Below, piece by piece: positions 15,543 through 27,319 of a stretch of DNA of 64,000 nucleotides (position 1 is its first letter; every line of letters begins with the position of its first letter). This DNA is from Macrostomum lignano (lineage: Eukaryota), in the NCBI GenBank assembly GCA_002269645.1, contig NIVC01000597.1, forward strand, positions 62,001 through 126,000. The letters are read 5' to 3'. The notes beneath the pieces were generated by a model. It had not been told where the DNA came from. It did not search any database and worked only from the letters and a program-made list of their open reading frames with translations. Made by a program: the position numbers and the translations under genes.

Positions 15543-17249
15543 CTCCTATACCTCTATTGAAATTTAGGTACATAAAATCAATTCCCAACCCCATGAAGAT
15601 TTTCCCCACCTTAAAACCCCCCATTTCCCATATCCCGGTGGTTGGCTTTCAGCTACAAAAAATGAAGCTCAAATTTGAAATCAGCAGCATCAAAAACCCA
15701 TATAGAGACAAAATTATGATCCTATTGAAACTGCAACTATTTTATCTACCTAAAGTTCAGAAAGGCCCAAATTTCTGGTTGTAGGCCTACTAATGATCTA
15801 GACTATGGTCATGGGAGGGAAGTAAAAAGGATTACCTAGCTTAATACTATATTAGGCCCCCTATATATATATCTGTATAGCATTGCAGCTTTGCAGCCAA
15901 AACGCCTATAATTAAACTGGTTTGTAGGCAACATGGACTATGGCCCTTTTCAATATGCAGTAGGCCTATAAATAAAAGCTACACTTACCACAGCAGCCAT
16001 TATTCTTATATTTGGTTGGCTGGATCTGGTCTGAAAATTTCCAACTAATAAAAAATATAGTAATAATACTTTTAGAAGCACTGTCAAAAATAAGTTAAAC
16101 TTTAAAGCTTTGCTTAGTTCAAATCTTGAAATTATTAAGCAATAGGGCTACTGCAATAGCACTGGCTACGAGTAGGTCTTTGTAGTACGCCTGTAAGTAT
16201 AGTCTGATAAATTCGGTGTTTAGTAATAGTTTCCAAAGAGAATAGTTATTAAACGTAAAAATATACTATGAAGAGCAAGTGAAATGGATTGTTTCTCGGA
16301 ATCAGAACATATCAATGTATTGCGCGCAGAATGATTAGCCACTTTTTAAATACTTTATGAGATATAACAATTTGTTACTGCTTTAAACATTATTGAAGAT
16401 TTAGTAAACAATATGACCAGTTTAAAGAAGTAGAAATTTTTGTATGTATTACAAACTTACTATTTTTCTTTACATAGAAATTTAAACATTGCCCACGTTA
16501 ATGCGCTCAGTCACAGTCCGTGTGAGAATCTGGAAAATTGGAGGAGAGGTCCGTGTGTGACGAATAAGGCGAATAAAGACGGATTTGTGTAGCGGTTAAT
16601 TTAGATAGTTCACGATTAATTAGCAGATCGGCAAGCCGCTTCAACCCTCAGACTTTTGCTAATGCTACTTAAAATTGCTGGATCACTTAATTAATTAATT
16701 GGTGTGCCAAGGTAGACGGCGGAAGAGTTGGTGTAAGGAGGCCAGACAGCGTCACAGCTAAGGGTTAGCGAGCCTAGGTCGAGAAGCGAAGCAAGGGGAA
16801 GGGCGAGAGCGGCTGCTGACTGTAGTGTAAGCATATATTTAAAGGTAAACAGATAACAACAACACCCTTAATCCAAAACCCAGACAAACAACCCCCACGC
16901 GGCGCGCAATGTACATGTACAAATTAATCGATAAATATATCATGCAAGAATAACATACGTCAGTACAAGTACATAGGTAGAACTACTTTACGAGAAATAA
17001 TAACGATATGAATGAAATACAAATAATAGAATAAATACATACGAGGCTACAAAAACAAAGCAATTAACAGTAAAAATAGCGCGCTGATAATACGTACGAA
17101 TAATGGAAGAATACAGTAGTAGTACGGTATGCATATGAAAATAAATAAATACGATACGCGCTTCTACGAATCACACTGTCACACGTGCGACATTGGGGTG
17201 GCGAACGGTGCAGGCCTCTGACTCTACACGCGCCCAGATGGCGAAGTTC

Positions 17250-18392
17250 AGTGGGTTTTACATGTAAATCCGGTGACTGCGGTGGCCAAAAGAATATGTC
17301 TCCAGAACGACATGTTCTTGGCCAACCAATTCTGCACGATAGTGGCTATGTGCGCTAGGGCCCCGTCCGGCTGAAAAAACGTAAGGCTTACCAGCTGTGA
17401 TCCTGCATGGTGACCCACGGAAGTAGTTTCCTGTAGAGCAGTCTTGTACGTTGAGGCGATAGCCCTGCGCAAACCATGCACACAGGCGGCAGAATCCGGC
17501 ACCATTATGAGGCCACAACACCAAGCATATCATGACTGACCAAGAACACCAAGCAACCACTGGGTCCACGGTAAAATTCTTTTCATCCGAGAAAATCAAG
17601 ATTCGATCTCCAAAACTCTTCAAGCTGTTCAGCAATTTTCTTGAGCGCCTGGGGCAAGCAGACACTTGAGTACCAGTGACCAGTCACTGTGGCACCTTCC
17701 TCGAGTAGAGTGGGTGGCAGGATGCCACACCGCCGGAAGAAGACTGCTGTCATGACCTTGCCGACACTTCTCTCGCGTAGGAATCTGATTGGGGCATCCT
17801 CTTCTTCCAATCCACTGGGATTTCGTCTCTGGGTCATAAAAGTAAACCCAAGTTTCATCCCCTGTCAGGATATTGTTTACCAATTTTGAAGCCCCTGCAT
17901 CAAATTTGTTAAGCATGAAGTTCATGAGCATCTTCATCGAGCAGTCTTCGGACACTGGCCACTTGGCCAAATTCGGACGGCCTTCGAGTTCGTCGTCGTC
18001 TAGCTCCAGGCAGCCAGAACGAAATCGGCCAAACTACTTGTACACCATTGTCTGGGATGGGGCTTCATCACCCAATGCTTTTTGAAGCATCTGCACGCAC
18101 TCAGAGGCAGATTGGCCAAGTCGAAATTGAACAAGAATTGTGACTCGTCTGTCGCGCTCTGTCAATCGCAGGGCAGGGTCTGCAGTCGTATCACTTTTTC
18201 GACCACTGCGTCGTAGCATTTTAGTCAAAGAGGCTGAAAACTGACATGAAAGATTTCAATATCTACTGAAAGAAGCACATAAAATCTTTTATTTGCATAA
18301 AAGGAAGTTAAATCTTTCGCGAACTTATTAAGCAACACGTGACATGACGTACGAGTATTGTGAAAGTCTAAAGTGTCAAGTTTTTTTGCAAC
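17250..18392 (-). mobile_element. Degraded Tc1/mariner transposase: mariner (DD34D-type) 5' part joined to a maT/DD37D-type 3' fragment
   Basis: HTH region (FRLGQSASECVQMLQKALGDEAPSQTMVYK*), ILTGDETWVYFYDPETK and GKVMTAVFF; then ILIFSDEKNFTV, FQPDGALAH and WPPQSPDL. Stops and frameshifts throughout. Possible TIR remnant GGGTGTTGCAAAAAAA near 18375-18390. Confidence 0.82.
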
Positions 18393-19019
18393 ACCCAGCT
18401 AGAGTACAATTTTGCATAAAAACTCAAATGTAGTCTTGCAAGATTGCGGTCGGATGGACTCTGCTCTCAAGGAAATCTTTTACTCCAGATAAAATGAAAA
18501 ACTTCATCCCCTATAATCTCCTAATCTGTGCATTTACATCTGACACTGAATTAAGGAATTAGGAATCAATTATAAGAACCAACTTCAGTTGCTCAGTTGC
18601 AGCAGTACATGTAGTAACGCACTGCTGGTGCTCCAATGGCTTAAGGGTAAAAAGAGACGATCGAACTGCGTTTTGTATTTATCTTCCGACAAACCAACCA
18701 ACCTGAATCCGTCCGAGGGTTCGTCCAAGGGCACTCACAATAAGTTTATAAAAAAAATAGCTTGAAAAAGTACTGTCATGAGAGAACGGCAACACTCACA
18801 ATACAGTTGTGATTTTTAAATGAATTTCGCAAGCACTTTCCTTTTTGCACAGCGCTGAATGGGTTTTTGGCCATAGACAAATTCGGTAGAAAAAAGTCCG
18901 TCTAGACCAAAGATCATATATACTGTAAGATCTATGGTCCAGACTCGCAGACGTCGGTACCTCCGGCACTCGGGTCCTTTGAAACTTCTCACAATAGCAA
19001 TCCGGCCCGCTCAGAGTTT

Positions 19020-19160
19020 GTGTCTCTTCTCATCTCTCTTCTCAGTTCTCTCCTCTCTCCCCTCTTAACTCTTTTCTCTCCTCTCCTCTCTTATCTCCTC
19101 TTATCTTCTCTCTCATCTTGCCTTTCGCCTCTCACCTCTCATCTCTCATATCCTCCAACA
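19020..19160. repeat. CT-rich low-complexity tract
   Basis: Degenerate (CT)n / (CTCT)n sequence. Confidence 0.85.
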
Positions 19161-19704
19161 TTTTCTCTCTCAAATCACACCACAGAGACAGTAACAGCAG
19201 GAATATCGCCGGAATTTAGCTTGCAATTTGCACGAATTTCGAATTCAGCGTTCTTATGACTTGATTTGTAAACTATTAACTTTGCCAAAGCAAGTAAATA
19301 TAAATCTGATATATATGGCTAGATATGGGAGTTAAGTACGCGCATGTTAATATCTCAGCTGTCTGGAGCAGACGTCGCGTCACTTGTAATATCAGGCAGT
19401 TTATTGAGATGGAGAGGAGCCCCCTCTCCCCCTCGCAGTATTGGTCCTCACCTGAGTCTGCTTGCGTGAAGCAAATCGATCTTGGGTGGAAAAAAGAGAA
19501 GTAACAAGCTGAAAACCAATATATATAGCTTTCTTAACTTGCCAATCAATCATTCAATATCGAGGGTATACTTGTGTAGCCCCGGCGGCCACAATTCGTA
19601 TGTTAATGGATAGGAGAAACAAATGCGACTTAAAAACACCTTATTACAACAACAATAATAGCGAGAGAGCTTAGCTAGACAATCTTGGGTTCAATTTTTA
19701 AGCC

Positions 19705-20373
19705 TCAGCTAATGCCAAGGAAGGCCTTTATCCCGCTGAAGCCTCTAGCCCGACTGTCTGTAGTTGTTGAGGACGCTTTTTTCAACGCGCCGCCCAACGG
19801 CATGTAGTGCTCAAATTCCGCTTGATTAACGTAGAGAGCCACATCCTGGCAGCCCTGGCTGTAGTAGTCGCGCAACAGTTTCTTCCGACGCTCGGTCAAC
19901 TGAAACGCCACCCGGGTCCGGTAGACGTGATAGGCGTGCACCCGGCCCGACCGGAGCCGGAACGCCGCCACAAGCTCGTAGCGTTCGTGCGACTCGCGAA
20001 CTTTGTGCCTATAGAGCTGCTCCAGGAGCGTCACCTCAGATTCTGTTAGCTGACGTGGCGGCGGCTGCTGCTGCTGTTGTTGCTGTTGCTGCTGCTGCTG
20101 ATGTTGCTGCTGGTGGGCTAACGCTTCAGGTGATAAGCCAGAATTTGCGGATGAGTTAGCAGTGTCTGGCTGCTGCTGGTGCTGGTGCGGCTGGTCCTGC
20201 TGCTGCTGGCCGCAGCTCCGGCCGCCAGAGATTCCCGAGGCGAAGCCGACTCCCCTACGCGAGTACGGCAACAGATCCCACACGTAGGTTGGCTGCTGGC
20301 GGGAGCTTCCGCCGCCACCGCCGCCTCCGCCGCCGCCACCGGTTGTCCCGCCGAAGGAGAAACCGCCTGGCAT
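19705..20373 (-). CDS. Uncharacterised 222-aa protein: Gly/Gln-rich N-terminal half, ~110-aa basic C-terminal region
   Basis: ATG-to-stop ORF with the same GC-rich codon style as the confirmed genes; tttcag acceptor 21 nt upstream of the ATG. Confidence 0.55.
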   Translation of the reverse strand: MPGGFSFGGTTGGGGGGGGGGGSSRQQPTYVWDLLPYSRRGVGFASGISGGRSCGQQQQDQPHQHQQQPDTANSSANSGLSPEALAHQQQHQQQQQQQQQQQQPPPRQLTESEVTLLEQLYRHKVRESHERYELVAAFRLRSGRVHAYHVYRTRVAFQLTERRKKLLRDYYSQGCQDVALYVNQAEFEHYMPLGGALKKASSTTTDSRARGFSGIKAFLGIS

Positions 20374-21119
20374 CTGTTGCGCAACTATAGGCGTCTGAAA
20401 CGTGTAAATCTTTGCTCCCAGTTAAAATAATAAGTCCATTGATACTTAACCAGCTACTATATGGGGCTGGCACACCCGTTACCCACACCCCAGCAGAACA
20501 GTCAGACGAGGCCCCATTGGTGCTCAGCATCTCTTTGCTGCGCCGCGATAGGCAATCAGCTATTGCTCCCAATGGCTAATCTGCATCTGCCTCGCAGGCT
20601 CCGCACTCCCTCTCTCTTCCAAGGGCATTCCGGCGTGTACTCTGCAGCCGGTACTGCGTGCAGGGTGAATCGTTGTAGCGGCAACGGCAAGTAGCAGTGG
20701 AGAGATTGTATGCCGAGAAAAGAATTGGGACAGAAATGGACGAGAGAGCAGAGAGAGAGGAGGGAGAGAGGGAAGAGAGAAAAGTAACTCTGTGTGACAG
20801 CCCCCTTGCTTCTTCGACTTGATGGCACCTGGCGCAGAAAAAAGAGCGTCATCTGAAGCTGGGCTAAGCGAGATATCCTCCACCATCTTCAGAGCACTCC
20901 GCTCCGGCTCGTGATACTGCCTCTTTTGTTTATTAAATAATGACTTAATGCAATGCAATTTGATAAGTTGGAAGGAAGCTGGGCGGAGGCCGGAGAAGGA
21001 GCACAAGAGGGACTTATAGTGAAGCAGATAGGAGATGGAGACGGGTAGAAACAACGGGACAGAAAAAGAAGCACGGATCCGTGCAGTCCGTGATAGAGTA
21101 ATATGGAGATGCTCCCGCA

Positions 21120-22612
21120 GGCAGGGAGAGATGCGGGAGAGAGGGGGACAGGGAGATGCGGGAGATGCGGGAGATGTTGAAGATGCGGGAGAGGGGACAG
21201 GGAGATGCGGGAGAGAGAGGGGGACAGGGAGATGCGGGAGATGCGGGAGATGTTGGAGATGCGGGAGAGGGGACAGGGAGATGCGGGAGAGAGAGGGGGA
21301 CAGGGAGATGCGGGAGAGAGAGAGGGACAGGGAGATGCGGGAGAGAGAGGGGGACAGGGAGATGCGGGAGAGAGAGAGGGACAGGGAGATGCGGGAGAGA
21401 GAGGGGGACAGGGAGATGCGGGAGAGAGAGAGGGACAGGGGGATGCGGGAGAGAGAGGGGGACAGGGAGATGCGGGAGAGAGAGGGGACAGGGAGATGCG
21501 GGAGAGAGAGGGGGACAGGGAGATGCGGGAGATGCGGGAGATGTTGGAGATGCGGGAGAGGGGACAGAGAGATGCGGGAGAGAGAGGGGGACAGGGAGAT
21601 GCGGGAGAGAGAGAGGGACAGGGAGATGCGGGAGAGAGAGGGGACAGGGGGATGCGGGAGAGAGAGAGGGACAGGGAGATGCGGGAGAGAGAGGGGGACA
21701 GGGAGATGCGGGAAAGAGAGGGGGACAGGGAGATGCGGGAGAGAGAGAGGGACAGGAAATGCGGGAGAGAGAGGGGGACAGGGAGATGCGGGAGAGAGAG
21801 GGGGACAGGGAGATGCGGGAGAGAGAGGGGGACAGGGAGATGCGGGAGAGAGAGGGGGACAGGGAGATGCGGGAGAGAGAGAGGGACAGGGAGATGCGGG
21901 AGAGAGAGGGGGACAGGGAGATGCGGGAGAGAGAGGGGGACAGGGAGATGCGGGAGATGCGGGAGATGTTGGAGATGCGGGAGAGGGGACAGGGAGATGC
22001 GGGAGAGAGAGGGGGACAGGGAGATGCGGGAGAGAGAGAGGGACAGGGAGATGCGGGAGAGAGAGGGGGACAGGGGATGCGGGAGAGAGAGAGGGACAGG
22101 GAGATGCGGGAGAGAGAGGGGGACAGGGAGATGCGGGAGAGAGAGGGGGACAGGGAGATGCGGGAGAGAGAGAGGGACAGGAAATGCGGGAGAGAGAGGG
22201 GGACAGGGAGATGCGGGAGAGAGAGGGGACAGGGAGATGCGGGAGAGAGAGGGGACAGGGAGATGCGGGAGAGAGAGGGGACAGGGAGATGCGGGAGAGA
22301 GAGAGGGACAGGGAGATGCGGGAGAGAGAGGGGACAGGGAGATGCGGGAGAGAGAGGGGGACAGGGAGATGCGGGAGATGCGGGAGATGCGGGGGGTGCG
22401 GGAGGTGCGGGAGGTCCGGGAGATGCGGGAGGTGCGTGCGGGAGATGCGGGAGATGCGGGAGATGCAGGAGATGCGGGAGATGCGGGAGACGCGGGAGAT
22501 GCGGGAGATGCGGGAGATGCGCGAGATGTTGGAGATGCGGGAGAGGGGACAGGGAGATGCGGGATATGCGGGAGATGCGGGAGATGCGGGAGATGCGGGA
22601 GATGCGAGAGCT
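21120..22612. repeat. G-rich satellite (GGGAGATGCGGGAGAGAGAGGGGGACA and 10-bp GGGAGATGC-G subunits)
   Basis: Tandem array; the ORFs in five frames here are artefacts. Confidence 0.96.
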
Positions 22613-23269
22613 CACATAGCATAAAGAGAAGATGGGAGAGAGCCGGAGAGGAAGGCACTGAGCCAAGTCTGCCTGGAGCAGTGTAATCCAGTCATTAATC
22701 CTGATGGCTTCTTTTCTAATCAGCCGCGTTGCAGGCACGCGGGCCGCCCCGCGGAGCCAAATCCCAGGCCGATCGATTCAAACGCTGCCAGAGGGAAACC
22801 GCGCGAGTTTAGAGATTGTGCTGCCGGATATGAAAGTTGATTAATGCCAATCCAGTATTCTGAGCTGAATTGAGCAACCTGCAACTGGCCAGACAGAGGC
22901 TCTACATGCATCGGTCGCAGGCTGTATAAGCTTGAGCTTTGCTATAATTCATGAGCAGCTCTAACCCCCATCAGTTCATATTATAGCTATTGAATATGAT
23001 GATTATAGCTATACTGGCTTGTGCGTTCGTGACTTGCGTCGCATTAATTATATAAAGGGCTATTTGGGGGATTAGCGGCAGCAGATGTTTCAGATTATTC
23101 TTTTTATGACGCTCAGAGCGGCGAAACCTGAAGTCTAGTGGATAAATATTTGAGGGTGGGAATTCTCTGTCTTAACAGGCTTAACAATGCGCTGGTACAG
23201 CGAAATATACTGAAGTAATGATATACGATGTATTAAAATAGAGTAATACACCCACACATTAAAATAGAC

Positions 23270-24885
23270 ACCGGAAACACATTAGAATAGACACCGGAAG
23301 CACATTAGAATAGACACCGGAAGCACATTAGAATGGACACCGGAAGCACAAACTAATATAGACACCGGAAATACTAATATAGACACTGGAAACATATTAA
23401 AATAGACACCAACAACAACAACAACAACAAACAACAAAATACGCAGTCAGCGTCACAGGGCGCGCTTTAAGGCCGGGTCGCGAATGAACGCCTCGCCGCC
23501 GGCCGAATCCGGGACGCCGGCGCCAGCCAGTAGGCAGTCGACGAAACGCCGAGTGCGCGCCTGCCCCCGCCGGTAGGGTGCCTGCAGCGTTAGCAGCAGC
23601 ACCTCCTGCACCGGCTCTGGGCAGTACGGCTCGGCGCGGATGATGTGGCCTGCCAGCTGGAGTCGCCGATTGCGCAGCAGGTCGCTTGGCGGACCAGGCC
23701 GGCGCGGCGATACAAAGCCGCGTTGGTCACTCGCTCGTAGCCGATCTTGAAGGCGGCGCGCAGCAGGCCAGAGTGCGCCGCATCAACTTGTTGTTCGAGC
23801 GACTCCGTCAGCGTCCAGGTCTCGGCGATGTACAGCAGGACGGTCTCGATCACCGCCTGTAACAACGCGGCCCTCTGGCGGTCAGGTAAGGCCTCGGACT
23901 GCAGGACGGCCCTCACAGAACGAAAGGCAGCCCAGGCAAGCCCGCGGCGACGCCGCAGATCCTCGCGGACACCGAGAACCAGACCGCCGAGGTAGACTAA
24001 CTGCTGACAACGCGGAAACTCCTCGCCTGTCCATCAGCGCCTCGGAACAAAATCGCAGCCTCGATGTCGTCCGGCACGCAGAGCACGACGGTCTTCTGCG
24101 TGTTGTCCACCAGGCCGACACTCGCCGCAACAGCATCTAGCTTGTCCAGTTGTCGCCGGGCGCCCTCGACAGTTGAGGACAGCAGGGCGAGATCGTCGGC
24201 GTATCCAAGCACGCTGAGCCGCCTCTCCGGTTGACGTCGACTCACGCGTCGCCGCAACAGAAAGCCGTCGTCGTTGGTAGGAAGAGCGGTCCGCAGCACC
24301 CAGTCAAGCACCAGAACGAACAGGAACGGTGCAAGCGTATCTCTCACCGGACAAAATAGACACCGGAAACACAAACTAATATAGATACCGGATTTAGACA
24401 CCGGAAACACTAATATAGACACCGGAAACACTAATATAGACACTGGAAACACTAATATAGACACCGAAAACACTAATATAGACACCGGAAACACTAATAT
24501 AGACACCGGAAACACTAATATGACACTAACACCGGAAACACTAATATAGACACCGGAAACACTAATATAGACACATGAAACACTAATATAGACACCGGAA
24601 ACACTAATATAGACACCGAAAACACTAATATGACACTAACACCGGAAACACTAATATAGACACCGAAAACACTAATATGACACTAACACCGGAAACACTA
24701 ATATAGACACCGGAAACACTAATATGACACTAACACCGGAAACACTAATATAGACACCGGAAACACTAATATAGACACATGAAACACTAATATAGACACC
24801 GGAAACACTAATATAGACACCGAAAACACTAATATGACACTAACACCGGAAACACTAATATAGACACACAAACACAAATAGACAT
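23270..24885. repeat. 21-bp minisatellite (TAGACACCGGAAACACTAATA) split by a LINE insertion at ~23410-24345
   Basis: The same unit occurs on both sides of the insertion. Confidence 0.9.
23410..24345 (-). mobile_element. 5'-truncated non-LTR retrotransposon (RTE/RTEX-like) RT C-terminus with (TTG)n tail
   Basis: DTLAPFLFVLVLDWVL...LGYADDLALL (RT motifs 4-5) and LLYIAETWTLT. (AAC)n on the plus strand at ~23410-23437. Frameshifts and a stop present. Confidence 0.9.
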
Positions 24886-25555
24886 CAGAAATGCCTAAGC
24901 AAACAGTTTAATAATTTTATTGCAACGTTATACAGACTATATCTAGTTACTTCAGAGTACTTTTAACCTTATCGGCGATAAACTGAGGCAACCCTGAGTT
25001 CCAAAATCATAAATTTGCAGTCTGACGTGTGATTGGCATGGATAATAAAAAGAATTCTATATTATAAATGTGTATGCCTGCCTGATGAATGTCAAGCACA
25101 TATCAGCAGAGTTGGCCCAACTCCAATAGAGAACTGAGAAATGAATAGCAGAGAATGCGCACAGCAATATAAAAATCACATTCCTCTCCATCAATCTCCC
25201 CCCCAGAGTCCTGCCGCAGGTTTCCCCATCGGAGTCCCAAAATTGAGAGACTTCCCTCCAACTTCCAATTTATTCATTCCGAGCAGTCACAAGCAAATCA
25301 CAGCAAAATGAAGAGAGCGAGGCTGAAGAAGGCGAGGGAGTGACCGCGGTCGCATGGTTCAAATCTCTCAGAGCCAGACTGGTGCTGCTCACCCTTCATC
25401 CGGAACCAGTTAGCTAATTGCAGAATCCTTACTGCACAGCTCTGACTAACTATCAGACAAATTTCATATATAGCAGACAGAGTAGTTAATGACTGCTCCT
25501 ATGGGTCATGGGCATGAAATTGGCTAGACATTGATGGCCCATCCTGTATGGTGCG

Positions 25556-26750
25556 GTAGAGAGGGACAGGGAGATGCGGGAGAGAGGGAGAGAGGGACAG
25601 GGAGATGCGGGAGAGAGGGAGAGAGGGACAGGGAGATGCGGCAGAGAGGGAGAGAGGGACAGGGAGATGCGGCAGAGAGGGAGAGAGGGACAGGGAGATG
25701 CGGCAGAGAGGGAGAGAGGGACAGGGAGATGCGGCAGAGAGGGAGAGAGGGACAGGGAGATGCGGCAGAGAGGGAGAGAGGGACAGGGAGATGCGGCAGA
25801 GAGGGAGAGAGGGACAGGGAGATGCGGCAGAGAGGGAGAGAGGGACAGGGAGATGCGGCAGAGAGGGAGAGAGGGACAGGGAGATGCGGCAGAGAGGGAG
25901 AGAGGGACAGGGAGATGCGGCAGAGAGGGAGAGAGGGACAGGGAGATGCGGCAGAGAGGGACAGGGAGGTGCGGCAGAGAGGGACAGGGAGATGCGGCAG
26001 AGAGGGACAGGGAGATGCGGCAGAGAGGGAGAGAGGGACAGGGAGATGCGGCAGAGAGAGACAGGGAGATGCGGCAGAGAGGGACAGGGAGATGCGGCAG
26101 AGAGGGACAGGGAGATGCGGCAGAGAGGGACAGGGAGATGCGGCAGAGAGGGACAGGGAGATGCGGGAGAGAGGGACAGGGAGATGCGGCAGAGAGGGAG
26201 AGAGGCACAGGGAGATGCGGGAGAGAGGCACAGGGAGATGCGGGAGAGAGGCACAGGGAGATGCGGGAGAGAGGCACAGGGAGATGCGGGAGAGAGGCAC
26301 AGGGAGATGCGGGAGAGAGGCACAGGGAGATGCGGGAGAGAGGCACAGGGAGATGCGGGAGAGAGGCACAGGGAGATGCGGGAGAGAGGCACAGGGAGAT
26401 GCGGCAGAGAGGGAGAGAGGGACAGGGAGATGCGGCAGAGAGGGACAGGGAGATGCAGCAGAGAGGGACAGGGAGATGCGGCAGAGAGGCACAGGGAGAT
26501 GCAGCAGAGAGGGACAGGGAGATGCGGCAGAGAGGGACAGGGAGATGCGGCAGAGAGGGACAGGGAGATGCGGCAGAGAGGGAGAGAGGGACAGGGAGAG
26601 AGGGAGAAAGGGACAGGGAGAAAGGGAGAAAGGGACAGGGAGATGCGGGAGAGAGGGAGAGAGGGACAGGGAGAGAGGGAGAAAGGGACAGGGAGATGCG
26701 GGAGAGAGGGAGAGAGGGACAGGGAGAGAGGCAGAGAGGGACAGGGAGCT
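25556..26750. repeat. G-rich satellite (CAGGGAGATGCGGCAGAGAGGGA[GAGAGGGA]), same family as 21120-22612
   Basis: Shared GGGACAGGGAGATGCGG core. Confidence 0.96.
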
Positions 26751-27319
26751 AAACAGCAGGGGTCCTCATGAAAAGCGAGCCGCACTCAGACATAAAGAGA
26801 ATTAATTTATTGGTCGCAGTCGATAAAATGAAGAAAAATCAAACACCCAAGCCGACTTTCGTCTTTAATGGCAATGACTCAACTTAGAAAATGGTGAAAA
26901 CGGACTATTTTCAGCAGCATATAAGATAGATGTCCGTCTGCCCTGTTTGCATGAAGGCAACAAACACTTCGCAGAGGCTCTAAGATTGACAGTATTGATA
27001 GCATCAGTTTTTTATTTCGCAGAGAAATTTATATCCAACCCCAAGGCTCTCAAATTGCAGCTGAATGTTTGCGAAGTGCCCGCCATTCGCGCTATCAGTC
27101 GGGCCAATCCCGTTCGCATTTTTTCCTCTTGCTCGGCGGCAAAGGGCGTGAACGTGAATGCCCCAATGGAAATGCTTTGTCACCATGGATACACAGCGGA
27201 GGGGATGGAGCTCACATGAGAGACCGGCTGGAAGGGCAACTTTGATGAAAATTCAAACTCGAAGGGTGCTTCTATAAAATAATACCCATCACTGGAAGGA
27301 TATTCATACAAAAGATACG

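Noticed and set aside
16500-17245. Possible solo LTR or primer-binding site (TGT..., AATAAA, TGGTG/TGGCG motifs)
   Set aside because: No second LTR, no TSD, no gag/pol remnant and no convincing tRNA complementarity.
20889-26805. Long ORFs (390-590 aa) in several frames on both strands
   Set aside because: They are translations of G-rich satellites; open frames in many frames at once reflect stop-free repeat units.
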